Part shown: one piece after another, positions 38,234-48,354 of the stretch
Layout of the letters: each line of letters starts with the position of its first letter
How positions within the stretch are numbered: position 1 is the first letter of the stretch
Assembly (NCBI GenBank): GCA_031411295.1
Contig: JANOAV010000051.1
Coordinates: 32,001 to 96,000 of the forward strand
Direction of reading: 5' to 3'
Length of the DNA stretch: 64,000 bases
DNA from: Verrucomicrobiales bacterium
GTDB lineage: Bacteria > Verrucomicrobiota > Verrucomicrobiia > Verrucomicrobiales > V1-33
Translations under genes and position numbers: made by a program
The notes under the pieces: model-generated
Database searches by the model: none
The model's input: only the letters and a program-made list of their open reading frames with translations
What the model was told of the DNA's origin: nothing

Positions 38234-40198
38234 ATGAAGGAAACCAACGATACTAGCGAAACTAGTGAAAAGCACGGATTACACAAACTCTCCAAAACCA
38301 CCTTAATCATTGCCGCTCTGGGAGTGGTGTTTGGCGACATCGGGACCAGTCCCATTTATACCCTGAAGGAATGTTTCAGTCCACTGAGCACGCACCACAT
38401 AGCTTCGACACCGGGAAACATTCTCGGGGTGGTCTCGCTGGTGCTGTGGGCGTTGATCCTGCTGATCTGCATCAAGTATCTGGTGTTTGTTCTGCGGGCC
38501 GATAACAAAGGTGAGGGCGGCGTGCTGTCCCTGATGTCACTGGCGGTGCATGGCATGTCCGAGACCGCCAAGCGGAGGCGGGTGATTGTCGTGCTGGGCT
38601 TGTTTGGAGCGGCCTTGTTATTTGGCGACGGGGTGATCACGCCCGCCATTTCCGTGCTCAGTGCCGTGGAGGGACTCAAGGACGGTGGCCTGCTGGGAGA
38701 AGTGCCCGTGGATGCAGCTGCCGCTTTAGTTTGGGAGCATCACACCCAATGGCTGATCATCGGTATCACTGCGGTGATTCTCATTGTGTTGTTCTCGGTG
38801 CAATTTTTGGGCACGGCCAAAATGGGAAAATTCTTCGGCCCCATTACCGCCGTGTGGTTTGCGTGCATCGGCGTGCTGGGTGCCTCGCACTTAATTCATG
38901 GTCCGGAAATCCTGGCTGCGTTCAATCCTCTGCACGGCTGGAATTTCCTCCTCCATGGCGGTCATGCCTCGTTTGTGATCCTCGGCTCCGTCTTCCTGGC
39001 TGTGACCGGAGGAGAGGCGCTGTATGCCGACATGGGTCACTTTGGGAAAAGCCCGATCCGCCGGGGTTGGTTCACGCTAGTATTTCCTGCGCTGATGCTC
39101 AACTACTTGGGCCAGGGTGCGCTGTTGATTAAGCAACCCGACTTGGCCTACTCCCCGTTTTTCCAGATGGCTCCGAATTGGGCGGTGTTGCCGCTGGTGC
39201 TGCTGGCCACCGCAGCCACCGTGATTGCCTCGCAAGCGTTGATTACCGGGACGTTCTCCCTCACGCTGAGTGCAGTGCAGTTGGGTTTCCTGCCCCGCCT
39301 CAGCATTCGCCATACTTCAGAACATGCGCGCGGGCAGATCTACATTCCACTGGTGAACTGGACACTCATGCTGGCCTGTCTGGGCCTGGTGCTGGCGTTC
39401 CGGACGTCGTCAAATTTAGCCGCCGCGTATGGCGTGGCCGTCACCATGACCATGCTCATCACCACGATTTTGTTCTACTTCGTGGCACGCCATTTGTGGA
39501 GTTGGTCATTTCTTAAAGCCGCCGCGCTCTGCACGATCTTTGGGTTGATCGAGGTCGCGTTCCTCAGCGCCAATCTGCTGAAGTTCTTCGACGGCGGATG
39601 GTTCCCGCTCGCAGTGGGCGGACTCCTCTTCGTGATCATGACCACCTGGGCGACCGGGCGGCGGTTAGTGCGCCTGCGTTTGGAAGCCAGTGCCATTTCC
39701 CAGGAAATGTTGGTGGAGAGCCTGGGCCGTCGGCCTCCCATCAGCGTGCCCGGCACCGCCATCTTCATGACCAGTTCCAGTGGCCGCAGCCCGGTGGCCC
39801 TGCTCCATAGTTTGAAACATTACCAAGCGATTCATCAACGCGTCATTTTCATGACGCTCTTGGTGGAGGATGAACCCTGGGTGCCGCCTAGTCGGCGGGT
39901 GGAAGTTACGGAGCTGGGGGATGGGTTTTGGCGTGTGACCGGTCGCTTCGGCTTCATGCAGAAGCCCAACGTGCCGCGCCTGCTGCGCCAGTGCGCTGCG
40001 CTGGGCTTGGAAGTTGCCGCCGATCAAGCCACGTTCTTCCTCGGCCGGGAAATCATTGTTCCCAGTGACAAGCCCGGGATGGCGCGCTGGCGGGAGCATT
40101 TGTTTGCGTTGGCTAGTAGCGTCGCCCAACAGCCTGCGACGTATTTTCAAATTCCCGTTGGCCGTGTGATTGAATTGGGACAACAAGTGGAGATCTAA
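38234..40198 (+). CDS. kup: KUP/HAK/KT potassium transporter
   Basis: GVVFGDIGTSPIY, ADNKGEGG, GEALYADMGHFG, GQIYIP, RVIELGQQVEI. Confidence 0.96.
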   Translation: MKETNDTSETSEKHGLHKLSKTTLIIAALGVVFGDIGTSPIYTLKECFSPLSTHHIASTPGNILGVVSLVLWALILLICIKYLVFVLRADNKGEGGVLSLMSLAVHGMSETAKRRRVIVVLGLFGAALLFGDGVITPAISVLSAVEGLKDGGLLGEVPVDAAAALVWEHHTQWLIIGITAVILIVLFSVQFLGTAKMGKFFGPITAVWFACIGVLGASHLIHGPEILAAFNPLHGWNFLLHGGHASFVILGSVFLAVTGGEALYADMGHFGKSPIRRGWFTLVFPALMLNYLGQGALLIKQPDLAYSPFFQMAPNWAVLPLVLLATAATVIASQALITGTFSLTLSAVQLGFLPRLSIRHTSEHARGQIYIPLVNWTLMLACLGLVLAFRTSSNLAAAYGVAVTMTMLITTILFYFVARHLWSWSFLKAAALCTIFGLIEVAFLSANLLKFFDGGWFPLAVGGLLFVIMTTWATGRRLVRLRLEASAISQEMLVESLGRRPPISVPGTAIFMTSSSGRSPVALLHSLKHYQAIHQRVIFMTLLVEDEPWVPPSRRVEVTELGDGFWRVTGRFGFMQKPNVPRLLRQCAALGLEVAADQATFFLGREIIVPSDKPGMARWREHLFALASSVAQQPATYFQIPVGRVIELGQQVEI

Positions 40199-40231
40199 GA
40201 GGGTTTCCATTTTAAAATGAGTGAATTCGAA

Positions 40232-40295
40232 AGAATGTGGATCAGCCCGCTGGGCTGATCTAGAATGAGCAGCCCAGCGGGCTGCTCCACATTCT
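40232..40295. repeat. REP-like doublet, family A (near-perfect palindrome)
   Basis: agaatgtggatcagcccgctgggctg...cagcccagcgggctgctccacattct. Confidence 0.8.
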
Positions 40296-40503
40296 ACCGT
40301 TTTCTTTCTGGAAATGGTCTAAGACGGTTTTTCACCGATAACCCAGTAGAGTAATGTTCCCTGCGCAGAGCGAAAAGGCTGGGCGCTTCATGAGCCAACA
40401 GCAGCCACTGCATGCGGAGCCCCCCCTGCAACTCTCGCATCACGGCTGGCGGGTGCGTGAATCATCTTGACCCGCCTGCAATCTCGTTCTTGGTTGCCGA
40501 CCC

Positions 40504-40770
40504 ATGTCTGAACCTTCCCTTACCGATGCGCTAACCGCGCTGGAATCCGCCTTGCAGCAACGACTCGATGTCATTGCGGACCATGCGTTGCGGGATACTG
40601 ACCCCGCTGGTCAGTTGCGAGCGCTGCAGGAAGTTTCCGAGCGCATTTTCCAACTCCAGGAACAATATGGCCCACAGTTGTCGCCCCAGTTGCAACATTT
40701 CCTGAGCAGTCAAAGTTACACGAAGGCGCTGGCCGTCTTGCGCGCCAAACCAGCTGCTTCCATCAACTAA
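40504..40770 (+). CDS. Hypothetical protein
   Basis: 88-aa helical ORF co-oriented with hisI and 13 nt upstream of it. Confidence 0.7.
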   Translation: MSEPSLTDALTALESALQQRLDVIADHALRDTDPAGQLRALQEVSERIFQLQEQYGPQLSPQLQHFLSSQSYTKALAVLRAKPAASIN

Positions 40771-40783
40771 AATTTCCCCCACC

Positions 40784-41227
40784 ATGTTTACTCCCCGCAC
40801 TGACAAAAAGGCCATCGAAACCGGCAGCGGTTTTGCCCCAAAATTCGACCAGGACGGACTCATCGTCGCCATCGCGCAGGACGCGGACAGCGGAGAAGTC
40901 TTGATGGTGGCTTACATGAATGAAGCCTCACTCGAACTCACGCTGCAATGTGGCGAGGCCGTTTACTACAGCCGCAGTCGTCAGGAAATCTGGCACAAGG
41001 GCAAGACCAGCGGCCATGTCCAGCAGGTGCGAGCCATTCTCACCGACTGCGATCAGGATGCGCTGGTGTTGAAAGTGAAACAGTTAGGTGAAGGGGCCTG
41101 CCACACGGGTTATCGCAGTTGTTTCTACCGTCGCGTGGAATTCCCCGTGGCCGATCCGGTGGCGCTCGCCCCCGAAATTACGGAGAAGGCCTACGACGCG
41201 GAGAAAGTTTACGGCACGAAATCCTAA
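40784..41227 (+). CDS. hisI: Phosphoribosyl-AMP cyclohydrolase
   Basis: [31 protein letters not shown]. Confidence 0.96.
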   Translation: MFTPRTDKKAIETGSGFAPKFDQDGLIVAIAQDADSGEVLMVAYMNEASLELTLQCGEAVYYSRSRQEIWHKGKTSGHVQQVRAILTDCDQDALVLKVKQLGEGACHTGYRSCFYRRVEFPVADPVALAPEITEKAYDAEKVYGTKS

Positions 41228-41232
41228 CCGGC

Positions 41233-41727
41233 ATGGCGCTCTGTCACATCGCGCTGGGATCCAATCTGGGAGAACGGGCGGCCAACCTCCAGGCCGCCTG
41301 CGCCCTGCTGCCGCCGCATCGATCCTCCGCCGTGTATGAGACCGATCCAGTTGATTGCCCGCCGGATTCGCTGCCGTTTCTCAATGCCGTAGTGGCCGTG
41401 GAATGGGCAGGCACGGCCCAGGAACTTCACAAGATCACGAAGGGCATCGAAGCCAAGTTAGGACGCCCCACCAACCGCTCGCGCAACGCTCCCCGCCTCA
41501 TCGATCTTGATTTACTTACCTTCGGTCCAGAAATCATCGCCACGACCGAACTGCAAATCCCACACCCCCGACTGCACCAGCGACGTTTCGTCCTGCAACC
41601 GTTGGCCGACTTATCTCCCGACTTGATCTTGCCGGGATTCACGCACAACATCGCGTCCTTATTGGCGCACTTGGATTCTCCCGAACCTCCCCTGCGCCAG
41701 TTTTCCTCCTCATGCCTGCTCCCATAA
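41233..41727 (+). CDS. folK: 2-amino-4-hydroxy-6-hydroxymethyldihydropteridine diphosphokinase
   Basis: IALGSNLG, FLNAV, PRLIDLDLL, IPHPRLHQRRFVL. Confidence 0.95.
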   Translation: MALCHIALGSNLGERAANLQAACALLPPHRSSAVYETDPVDCPPDSLPFLNAVVAVEWAGTAQELHKITKGIEAKLGRPTNRSRNAPRLIDLDLLTFGPEIIATTELQIPHPRLHQRRFVLQPLADLSPDLILPGFTHNIASLLAHLDSPEPPLRQFSSSCLLP

Positions 41728-42488
41728 CTCCCTCTCCAAAACTCGCGCATCTCGCCACCCTGAAGCCCGCCCGGCAGAAAGTCTGTGTGCTCACGGCGGC
41801 AGACTACCCCACGGCTCGGCTGCTGGATGAAGCCGGCGTGGACATCGTGCTCGTGGGCGATTCCTTGGGCATGGTGGTGCTCGGCTATCCGGACACCGTG
41901 GAAGTGACCCTGACGGAAATGGAGCATCATACCCGGGCCGTGAAACGCGGCGTGGAGCGGGCGGTCATCGTTTCCGATTTGCCGTATCACACGTATCAAA
42001 CTCCCGCCAAAGCAGTGCACTCCGCACAAAAGCTGGTGAAGGCTGGAGCGGATGCTGTGAAGCTGGAAGGCGGCATTTCCATGATTGCGCAAGTGAAGGC
42101 GATTCTCAAAGCCGGCATTCCCGTGATGGGCCATATCGGCATGTTGCCGCAGTCCGTGCGCGAAGAAGGCGGCTATAAGAAGAAAGGCAAAACGCCGCAG
42201 GAAGCAGAGCGTTTGCTGGCGGACGCACAAGCCTTGGACGAAATCGGCGTGATCGCCATCGTGCTGGAAGGAATGGTCCCCGCCGTGGCCGCAGAAATTT
42301 CCCGTAACGTCCACTGCCCCACCATCGGCATCGGAGCTGGCCCGGATTGTGACGGCCAAGTGCTCGTCACGCACGATCTCACCGGAGCCTTCCCCTGGTT
42401 CCGCCCACCCTTTGCCAAGGCTCAAGCAGATGTGGCCGGAGAAATCAGCAAAGCCGCTGCGGCCTTTATGGCGGAAGTGAAGCGGTAA
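41712..42488 (+). CDS. panB: 3-methyl-2-oxobutanoate hydroxymethyltransferase
   Basis: LVGDSLGM, AVKLEGG, GHIGMLPQ, TIGIGAG..CDGQVLV. Confidence 0.96.
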   Translation: MPAPITPSPKLAHLATLKPARQKVCVLTAADYPTARLLDEAGVDIVLVGDSLGMVVLGYPDTVEVTLTEMEHHTRAVKRGVERAVIVSDLPYHTYQTPAKAVHSAQKLVKAGADAVKLEGGISMIAQVKAILKAGIPVMGHIGMLPQSVREEGGYKKKGKTPQEAERLLADAQALDEIGVIAIVLEGMVPAVAAEISRNVHCPTIGIGAGPDCDGQVLVTHDLTGAFPWFRPPFAKAQADVAGEISKAAAAFMAEVKR

Positions 42489-42497
42489 TGGCTAAGC

Positions 42498-42570
42498 GAG
42501 CGTGGGAGCAGTCCGCTGGACTGCTCTAATCATGTGCCTTGCCGCAGCCCAGCGGGCTGCTACCACACTC
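42498..42570. repeat. REP-like doublet, family A
   Basis: gagcgtgggagcagtccgctggactgctc...gcagcccagcgggctgctaccacactc. Confidence 0.85.
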
Positions 42571-43208
42571 TATAATGGATTCAACAACCGGGCACCCGGG
42601 ACCTGATCGATGCGCTGCTGGAGCGTTTGATCTGGACCATCGAGAGAGTTCAAGGACATCGCTGGCGGCAACTCATAAACCTTACCGAAACCACCAATCC
42701 GCACCACGATGGCATAACGTCCTCTCCACACGCCGCCTTTTCTTTGCGGGTCGTCACTCCACTGACCAAGCGTTTCCGTGAATCCATCCATGATCAATGG
42801 TATGGAGTAGTCCTGTCTTAGGTTCAGTCCGGCAGTGCAGGCCCAATGATTCTCTCCAGCGGCAACAGCTTCCGCAAAGCCATTGGCTTCATTCCCTATG
42901 ATCCCGTCAGGTTTTTGGTTTGGACCACACCAGGCGCATCCTGAGATATAAAATAGTTTCTCATCGTCAACTAGTCCCGCCCGTAACAATTGCCGCATGG
43001 CTTCATTTGAGTTGTGCTCCGCAGTGGGGAAATCGTCGTCATGATTCGTGGCGTAGGCAACCCATGCCTGATGCAGACTGTAGGCTGTGCGCATGGCAGA
43101 ACGAGCCCTCCATTGCAGCATCACACGAGAATAGCCCTCAGAAAGCAACCATCCCAACACTATCAGGAGAAAGCAACCAAGCATGAATTTGCGGATTCGA
43201 GGAATCAT
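42570..43208 (-). CDS. Hypothetical membrane-anchored protein (pseudopilin-like)
   Basis: N-terminal TM helix, then YATNHDDDFP...SNEAMRQL; start codon uncertain. Confidence 0.6.
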   Translation of the reverse strand: MIPRIRKFMLGCFLLIVLGWLLSEGYSRVMLQWRARSAMRTAYSLHQAWVAYATNHDDDFPTAEHNSNEAMRQLLRAGLVDDEKLFYISGCAWCGPNQKPDGIIGNEANGFAEAVAAGENHWACTAGLNLRQDYSIPLIMDGFTETLGQWSDDPQRKGGVWRGRYAIVVRIGGFGKVYELPPAMSLNSLDGPDQTLQQRIDQVPGARLLNPL

Positions 43209-43248
43209 CACCCATCCTAGCCAACGCCACGCCTGCGTCAAGCGAAGC

Positions 43249-43320
43249 GAGTGTGGGAGCAGTCCGCTGGACTGCTCTAACCATGCTCTTGCAGCAGCCC
43301 AGCGGGCTGCTGCCACACTC
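43249..43320. repeat. REP-like doublet, family A
   Basis: Near-identical direct copy of 42498..42570. Confidence 0.85.
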
Positions 43321-43398
43321 GTTATTGGCGACAGGTTTTATTTGGTGGACAACAAATGCGTTCCCGCCGCATACTCCAGTCATCCTTCGTCCGCGCTT

Positions 43399-44232
43399 AT
43401 GAGACTGCTATCCAACATCATCTTACAAACCCAGTCCAGACTCCGTTTGGCTTTGATGGCCTTGACCATGGGACCTTCTTTGGCGGCACATGCCGAAGAC
43501 CCAACAGCTTCACCTTTCGGATACCTTTGGCGGCTTAGGGTGACGGAGGCTCCCGCCGGACTGGAGGGAGGCGAAATCCATACTAACAATTCATTTGTGG
43601 CAACGAATTGGAACCCCAAGAATTTCCAACGATTCAAGGCCGAAATCATCCGCACAGCGCGCGGACCGAAGACAGGAACCGCGGCCGCAGAAATTGAAAT
43701 TTCCGCCGAGGGACAGTATTTTAACGGCTCCCGGAGGATCCCAGAAGGCCCGATCAAACCGATCAAGTGCAAGGCTTCGTTGGTGCGCCCAGAGGGACTC
43801 GCTGCGCTGGACGATGCCACGCCCTTACCTTTGGGAACCACGCCAAAATGTGCCGTCAGTGGTGATCAACTAGTCATTGGCTCATTTGTCATCACAGTGG
43901 GAAGTTGGCGTCCCGAACCTCTCCCTGCAGCCCTGAACGGAAAGGCCAACGTGCTGCTGCGGGCTTTTTTTCAACTTGATGATCAAACCATTTTTCGGAT
44001 TAAGGAAGAGAAGTCAGTTGCCCCTGACGGTTCAAACAAGGTAGTCATTAAGGGCTCCGTCCCAGAAGCAACTAGCATTAGCTTAAGTTGGGCCCTGACG
44101 TTCGAGCGCAAATTAGTAAGACTCACCCCGAGCGGCGGTAAGAGCTACACCGAGATGAAGAGCCACGATTGGGAAACGGTGACGAAGCAAGAGCAACCAG
44201 AATTCAGTGCGCGGGTGACCCAAGTTAAGTGA
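43399..44232 (+). CDS. Hypothetical secreted protein
   Basis: Signal-like LALMALTMGPSLAAHA-ED; no recognised domain. Confidence 0.65.
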   Translation: MRLLSNIILQTQSRLRLALMALTMGPSLAAHAEDPTASPFGYLWRLRVTEAPAGLEGGEIHTNNSFVATNWNPKNFQRFKAEIIRTARGPKTGTAAAEIEISAEGQYFNGSRRIPEGPIKPIKCKASLVRPEGLAALDDATPLPLGTTPKCAVSGDQLVIGSFVITVGSWRPEPLPAALNGKANVLLRAFFQLDDQTIFRIKEEKSVAPDGSNKVVIKGSVPEATSISLSWALTFERKLVRLTPSGGKSYTEMKSHDWETVTKQEQPEFSARVTQVK

Positions 44233-44247
44233 CCGTTCAATTATCGG

Positions 44248-44305
44248 CCGCTGGACTGCTCTAATCCTGTGCCTCGCAGCAGCCCAGCGGGCTGCTGCCA
44301 CCCTC
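44248..44305. repeat. REP-like doublet, family A (5'-truncated)
   Basis: ccgctggactgctctaatcctgtgcctcgcagcagcccagcgggctgctgccaccctc. Confidence 0.8.
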
Positions 44306-44307
44306 AG

Positions 44308-45774
44308 TTACTCGCCTTCCTTTTTTTCGGCCTCGGCAGCTTCGGCGGCACGGCGTTTGCCTCGACCTTCTTTGCGTTCGGAGACGGTTTGTTTCACCCG
44401 CTCGCGAATATCGAACTTGATCGGCAGACCTTCATACGGCGTGTGGCGGCGGATTTCATTTTCCAGGAAGCGCAGATAGGTTTCGTGGAGTAATTCCCGG
44501 TGATTCACGAACAAGACGACCCGCGGAGCGATGATCGGGCGCGGATTAATGTCCCGTGTTAGGGTGGCGTAGAGCAGCTTGAAGCGTTTCCCCTTGATGT
44601 GCGGGGGCGGAGTGCGGGTAATGGCTTCCTGGAGGACCCGATTCAATGCGCCGGTGCTGAGGGAGTCGGCACTGGATTTCTTAACGCGCTCGATGGCTCC
44701 GAACACTTTGTTTAAGAACTGGCCACCCTTGGCGGAGACGGCCACCAGCGGGGCGTAATGGAGGAAATACAATTCCCGCCGGGCATACTCTTCCAATTCC
44801 TCCAAGCGAGCCTTCTGTTGCGCATCCGGGTGCCAGAGGTCGTATTTATTTCCCACGAGGATACATGGTTTGTTCTCTTCCAAAATGGTTCCGGCAATCT
44901 TGCGTTCCTGGGCCGTGATGCCGCGGGAGCAATCGAACACTAACGCCACGAGATCTGCGCGGCGGATGCTGCTTTCTGCGCGCGCCACACTGAAGGATTC
45001 CACCACGGTATCCACGCGGGCTTGCTTGCGAATCCCGGCGGTATCGATGAGTTGGAAATAGTGCTCCCCGCGTTGATAAAGGCTGTCCACCGAGTCTCGC
45101 GTGGTGCCAGCCACTTCCGAAACAATCGCGCGATCCTCTCCCAGAATGGCGTTGAAGAGCGAACTCTTGCCCACGTTAGGACGACCAATGATGGCCATGC
45201 GAATCGGTTCCCCCAGGGGCTTGCCTTCGCCCTCTTCACCTTCGATCTCCACGGGCGGGGGAATTAGATTTTCCTCGATGGTGCGGAGGAGTTTCTCGAT
45301 GCCCCGACCGTGGGTGGCACTGAAGGAAACGACGTTCTTGAAACCCATGCGGGCGAAATCCGCCATCATGCGATCATGCTTGGCATCGTCCGATTTGTTG
45401 ATCCCTAGCACGACTGGCTTGTTCTGCTTCCGCAGGATGGCGGCCACCGTATCGTCGATGACATGCCGGCCTTCCAGCGCGTCCACCACAAAGAGAATTA
45501 AGTCCGCAGATTCCACGGCAATGATGGCTTCGGCCTTCACTTGATCGGCAAAGCCATCGCCCAGCGTGGCTCCGATGCCGCCGGTGTCGATGATCTGGAT
45601 GGGGAATGTGGAATCCTTGACGGGAGCGGAAAGTCGGTCGCGCGTGACCCCGGGCATGTCATGCACGATGGCGATGCGATGTCCCGCCAGGCGGTTAAAC
45701 AGAGCGCTTTTGCCGACGTTGGGACGGCCGACGATGGCGACGACGCGGGAGTTATGGGGAGTGATTTTTCGCAT
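44308..45774 (-). CDS. der: Ribosome biogenesis GTPase Der
   Basis: Two GRPNVGKS P-loops, GVTRD/GTTRD, DTGG/DTAG. Confidence 0.97.
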   Translation of the reverse strand: MRKITPHNSRVVAIVGRPNVGKSALFNRLAGHRIAIVHDMPGVTRDRLSAPVKDSTFPIQIIDTGGIGATLGDGFADQVKAEAIIAVESADLILFVVDALEGRHVIDDTVAAILRKQNKPVVLGINKSDDAKHDRMMADFARMGFKNVVSFSATHGRGIEKLLRTIEENLIPPPVEIEGEEGEGKPLGEPIRMAIIGRPNVGKSSLFNAILGEDRAIVSEVAGTTRDSVDSLYQRGEHYFQLIDTAGIRKQARVDTVVESFSVARAESSIRRADLVALVFDCSRGITAQERKIAGTILEENKPCILVGNKYDLWHPDAQQKARLEELEEYARRELYFLHYAPLVAVSAKGGQFLNKVFGAIERVKKSSADSLSTGALNRVLQEAITRTPPPHIKGKRFKLLYATLTRDINPRPIIAPRVVLFVNHRELLHETYLRFLENEIRRHTPYEGLPIKFDIRERVKQTVSERKEGRGKRRAAEAAEAEKKEGE

Positions 45775-46354
45775 TGAGATTGTCAGAGACTTGTTGAAAG
45801 GCGTCGGTTAGGTAAGTCCAGCCCGACCAGAAAACGAAGATACCCGCCAGGACAGTGGGCACCAGCAGGTGAATGTGAGTGTATTTTGAGAAATCCAGCA
45901 TGAGCCAACCGAGGGCCGTCATTTGCAGCACGGTGGCCAGTTTCCCCGTCCAATGGGGACGGATAATAACGCTGCCGGAGTGAATTTTGATCAACTGCAT
46001 GCCACGCACGGAAAGGACATCGCGCGAGATGACTAACACGGGAAACCAACTGGGAAACTGTTGGTCCTGCCCCCAGCTAACACACGAGAGGGTGATGATG
46101 CCGGAGAGCAGCAGGAGCATGTCCGCCAGTGGATCCAGTTTAGTTCCCAGCACGCTGCGTTGGTTAAACCGCCGCGCCACCCAACCGTCCAAGCCATCGC
46201 TGATGGCCGCTACGGCAAATACCACGACCGCCGCCCAGCGCCAAGTGGTATCCGTGGATCCCGTGGCCACGATCTGGGCATACGTAATGGCACATCCCAC
46301 GAAAACGGGGATGAGAGCCAAACGCGTGAGCGTTATGAGGTTGGCGACAGTCAC
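45752..46354 (-). CDS. CDP-alcohol phosphatidyltransferase (PgsA-like)
   Basis: ANLITLTR, SDGLDGWVARR...LGTKLDPLAD; GTG start assumed. Confidence 0.9.
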   Translation of the reverse strand: MTVANLITLTRLALIPVFVGCAITYAQIVATGSTDTTWRWAAVVVFAVAAISDGLDGWVARRFNQRSVLGTKLDPLADMLLLLSGIITLSCVSWGQDQQFPSWFPVLVISRDVLSVRGMQLIKIHSGSVIIRPHWTGKLATVLQMTALGWLMLDFSKYTHIHLLVPTVLAGIFVFWSGWTYLTDAFQQVSDNLNAKNHSP

Positions 46355-46545
46355 AGGACAAGGAGCAAGGGAAACGTGAAATTTGCAGAGAAGAAGGACC
46401 ATGAAGGTCACCTGCAATGTCAGGAGCACCCCTAGAGTGCGCGATTATCCTCGGAATGCAACCCTGAGAGTGAAATGCATTAAAAGGCGGCTTGCAGCTG
46501 AAATTTTCAACCTGCAAGCCGCCCGGCAACTATCTGACAACCCGA

Positions 46546-48093
46546 TTACTCGTCATCGCCCCCCTCATCCCCAGCGTCCTCTTCGGAATCATCCTCCTCT
46601 TCCTCTTCGGAATCATCCTCCTCTTCCTCTTCGGAATCATCCTCTTCTTCCTCTTCGGAATCATCCTCTTCTTCCTCTTCGGAATCATCCTCTTCTTCCT
46701 CTTCGGAATCATCCTCCTCTTCCTCTTCGGAGTCGTCCTCCTCTTCCTCTTCGGAGTCGTCCTCCTCTTCCTCTTCGGAATCATCCTCTTCTTCTTCTTC
46801 GGAATCATCCTCTTCTTCTTCTTCGGAATCATCTTCCTCTTCCTCTTCGGAATCATCCTCTTCTTCCTCTTCGGAATCATCCTCCTCTTCCTCTTCGGAA
46901 TCCTCCTCCTCCTCCTCTTCGGAATCATCTTCCTCTTCCTCTTCGGAATCATCTTCCTCTTCGGAGTCCTCCCCTTGTTCTTCCTCAGTTTCCTCTTCAG
47001 TCTCCTCCTCGGAGATCTCCTCCTCTTCAGAGTATTCCTCGATCACCTCCTCCACGGTGAACTCCTCGATTTCCTCCCAACTCTCCGATTCCACTGCTGC
47101 GGAATAACTGATATATTCCTCATCCATGTTCTCGGTGTAATCCACAGTGAACGTTTCCCATAGATCAATGGCGATCAAGGAGTAGGCGGCCACGGCAAAG
47201 GTATTGATGACAAAGTCAACTCCACGCCCACGGTTCACCACCGGCGTGTCGTCGTTTACCCAGTTCACCTGGGGATCCGGCAGTTCATCCGGCACGAAGA
47301 CCCAGCAATCGTTGTCGTTAAATTTTGGGTTAATCAGGTAATTATAGGGCATGTAGCAGTAGCCATCCTCACCCCAGTCGCTACCCCATGAGTTCCGCAC
47401 GATGAACACCTCATCCACATCGGAGTAACCCACACAGCACATGGCGTGCTTGCCATGGGCTCCGCGACCCACATCCTGCGGGGACGGCATCGGCACCACC
47501 CCGCCGCGTTTCCCGCAGTCGTCGAACGTTTCAAACAACGCCACCCCGAACACAATCGGCAACCCGGAGGCGAGGGCCTGCTTCCATTTCTGCAGATCCA
47601 ACGGCATCTGCGCCATCTTTTGCACCCGCAGTTGGCTCGCTTCCTGATACGCGTCCCGGTTCGGCTTCTGGATTAGCAACTCCTTCTGAAACGGCCAGGT
47701 CGTCTCCGCACAGGCTCCGAAATCTCCCAACCCTTTCATGGCCAGCTGAATGTAGCTCCCACCATCTTCGTTCTGGTCCCCCGCCTTCCAGCGGGCATTG
47801 TAATAAACGAAGAGTCGGCTGACATCATAGTTCTCATCATGCAATCGGCGGAACCAGTATTCATACGCTCCCGCCACTGCATTGGCCACACAGGAACTCG
47901 TCTGTCCCTGATTCTCCACGGCGGTCATTAACGGCCGCAAATCCACCTTGGCTGGCAGCTTGGTTTTTTCAATAAAATCGTCGGGGCTGTATTCGACGGC
48001 ATCGGGATCCGCCCTCATGGCGCGGTATCCCTGCATGGCTTCGATTCCGGAATTTGCTGCTGAGTTTCGTGATGATTTCGACTGGTCGCTCAT
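46546..48093 (-). CDS. Papain-like C1 cysteine peptidase with an acidic repeat tail
   Basis: VDLR...NQGQTSSCVANA, GKHAMCCVGY, RNSWGSDWGEDGY, then (EEEEEDDS)n. Confidence 0.9.
   Translation of the reverse strand: MSDQSKSSRNSAANSGIEAMQGYRAMRADPDAVEYSPDDFIEKTKLPAKVDLRPLMTAVENQGQTSSCVANAVAGAYEYWFRRLHDENYDVSRLFVYYNARWKAGDQNEDGGSYIQLAMKGLGDFGACAETTWPFQKELLIQKPNRDAYQEASQLRVQKMAQMPLDLQKWKQALASGLPIVFGVALFETFDDCGKRGGVVPMPSPQDVGRGAHGKHAMCCVGYSDVDEVFIVRNSWGSDWGEDGYCYMPYNYLINPKFNDNDCWVFVPDELPDPQVNWVNDDTPVVNRGRGVDFVINTFAVAAYSLIAIDLWETFTVDYTENMDEEYISYSAAVESESWEEIEEFTVEEVIEEYSEEEEISEEETEEETEEEQGEDSEEEDDSEEEEEDDSEEEEEEDSEEEEEDDSEEEEEDDSEEEEEDDSEEEEEDDSEEEEEDDSEEEEEDDSEEEEEDDSEEEEEDDSEEEEEDDSEEEEEDDSEEEEEDDSEEEEEDDSEEEEEDDSEEDAGDEGGDDE
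46579..46965. repeat. Coding 24-bp tandem repeat, about 16 units
   Basis: Unit ctcttcggaatcatcctc(c/t)tcttc, encoding EEEEEDDS on the minus strand. Confidence 0.95.
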
Positions 48094-48354
48094 TTAGGTG
48101 TGGGGGTATGTTTTGGTGCCGGCTTAAATTGGAAAATCCTCTGATCCTCCATCCAAATCACGCGGCGCGCGTCTCATCCTTCATGCACCCGAGACGGTCA
48201 ATCGAATCATGATTGTGAAATATTCGCCATCATCAATGCTAACGACATCGGTTGGTCCGCTAGTTGCCACTAGCATTACCGCACGCCTCGGCACCCGCTC
48301 GCTTCGCCCCCACATCTCTTCTTGCACAGCGCGCTGAACACGCCACCCTCACGC

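Noticed and set aside
42498..44305. Classical integron or attC cassette array
   Set aside because: No integron integrase, the repeats lack RYYYAAC/GTTRRRY ends, and the two genes are divergent; kept only as a REP-flanked array.
46579..46965. CRISPR array
   Set aside because: The units are contiguous with no unique spacers, are in-frame coding, and there are no cas genes.
46383..47163. Alternative-frame ORFs over the repeat (LFGIILFF, RNHPPLPL and KRKKRMIP repeats)
   Set aside because: By-products of a stop-free 24-bp repeat; only the acidic frame is continuous with the peptidase domain.
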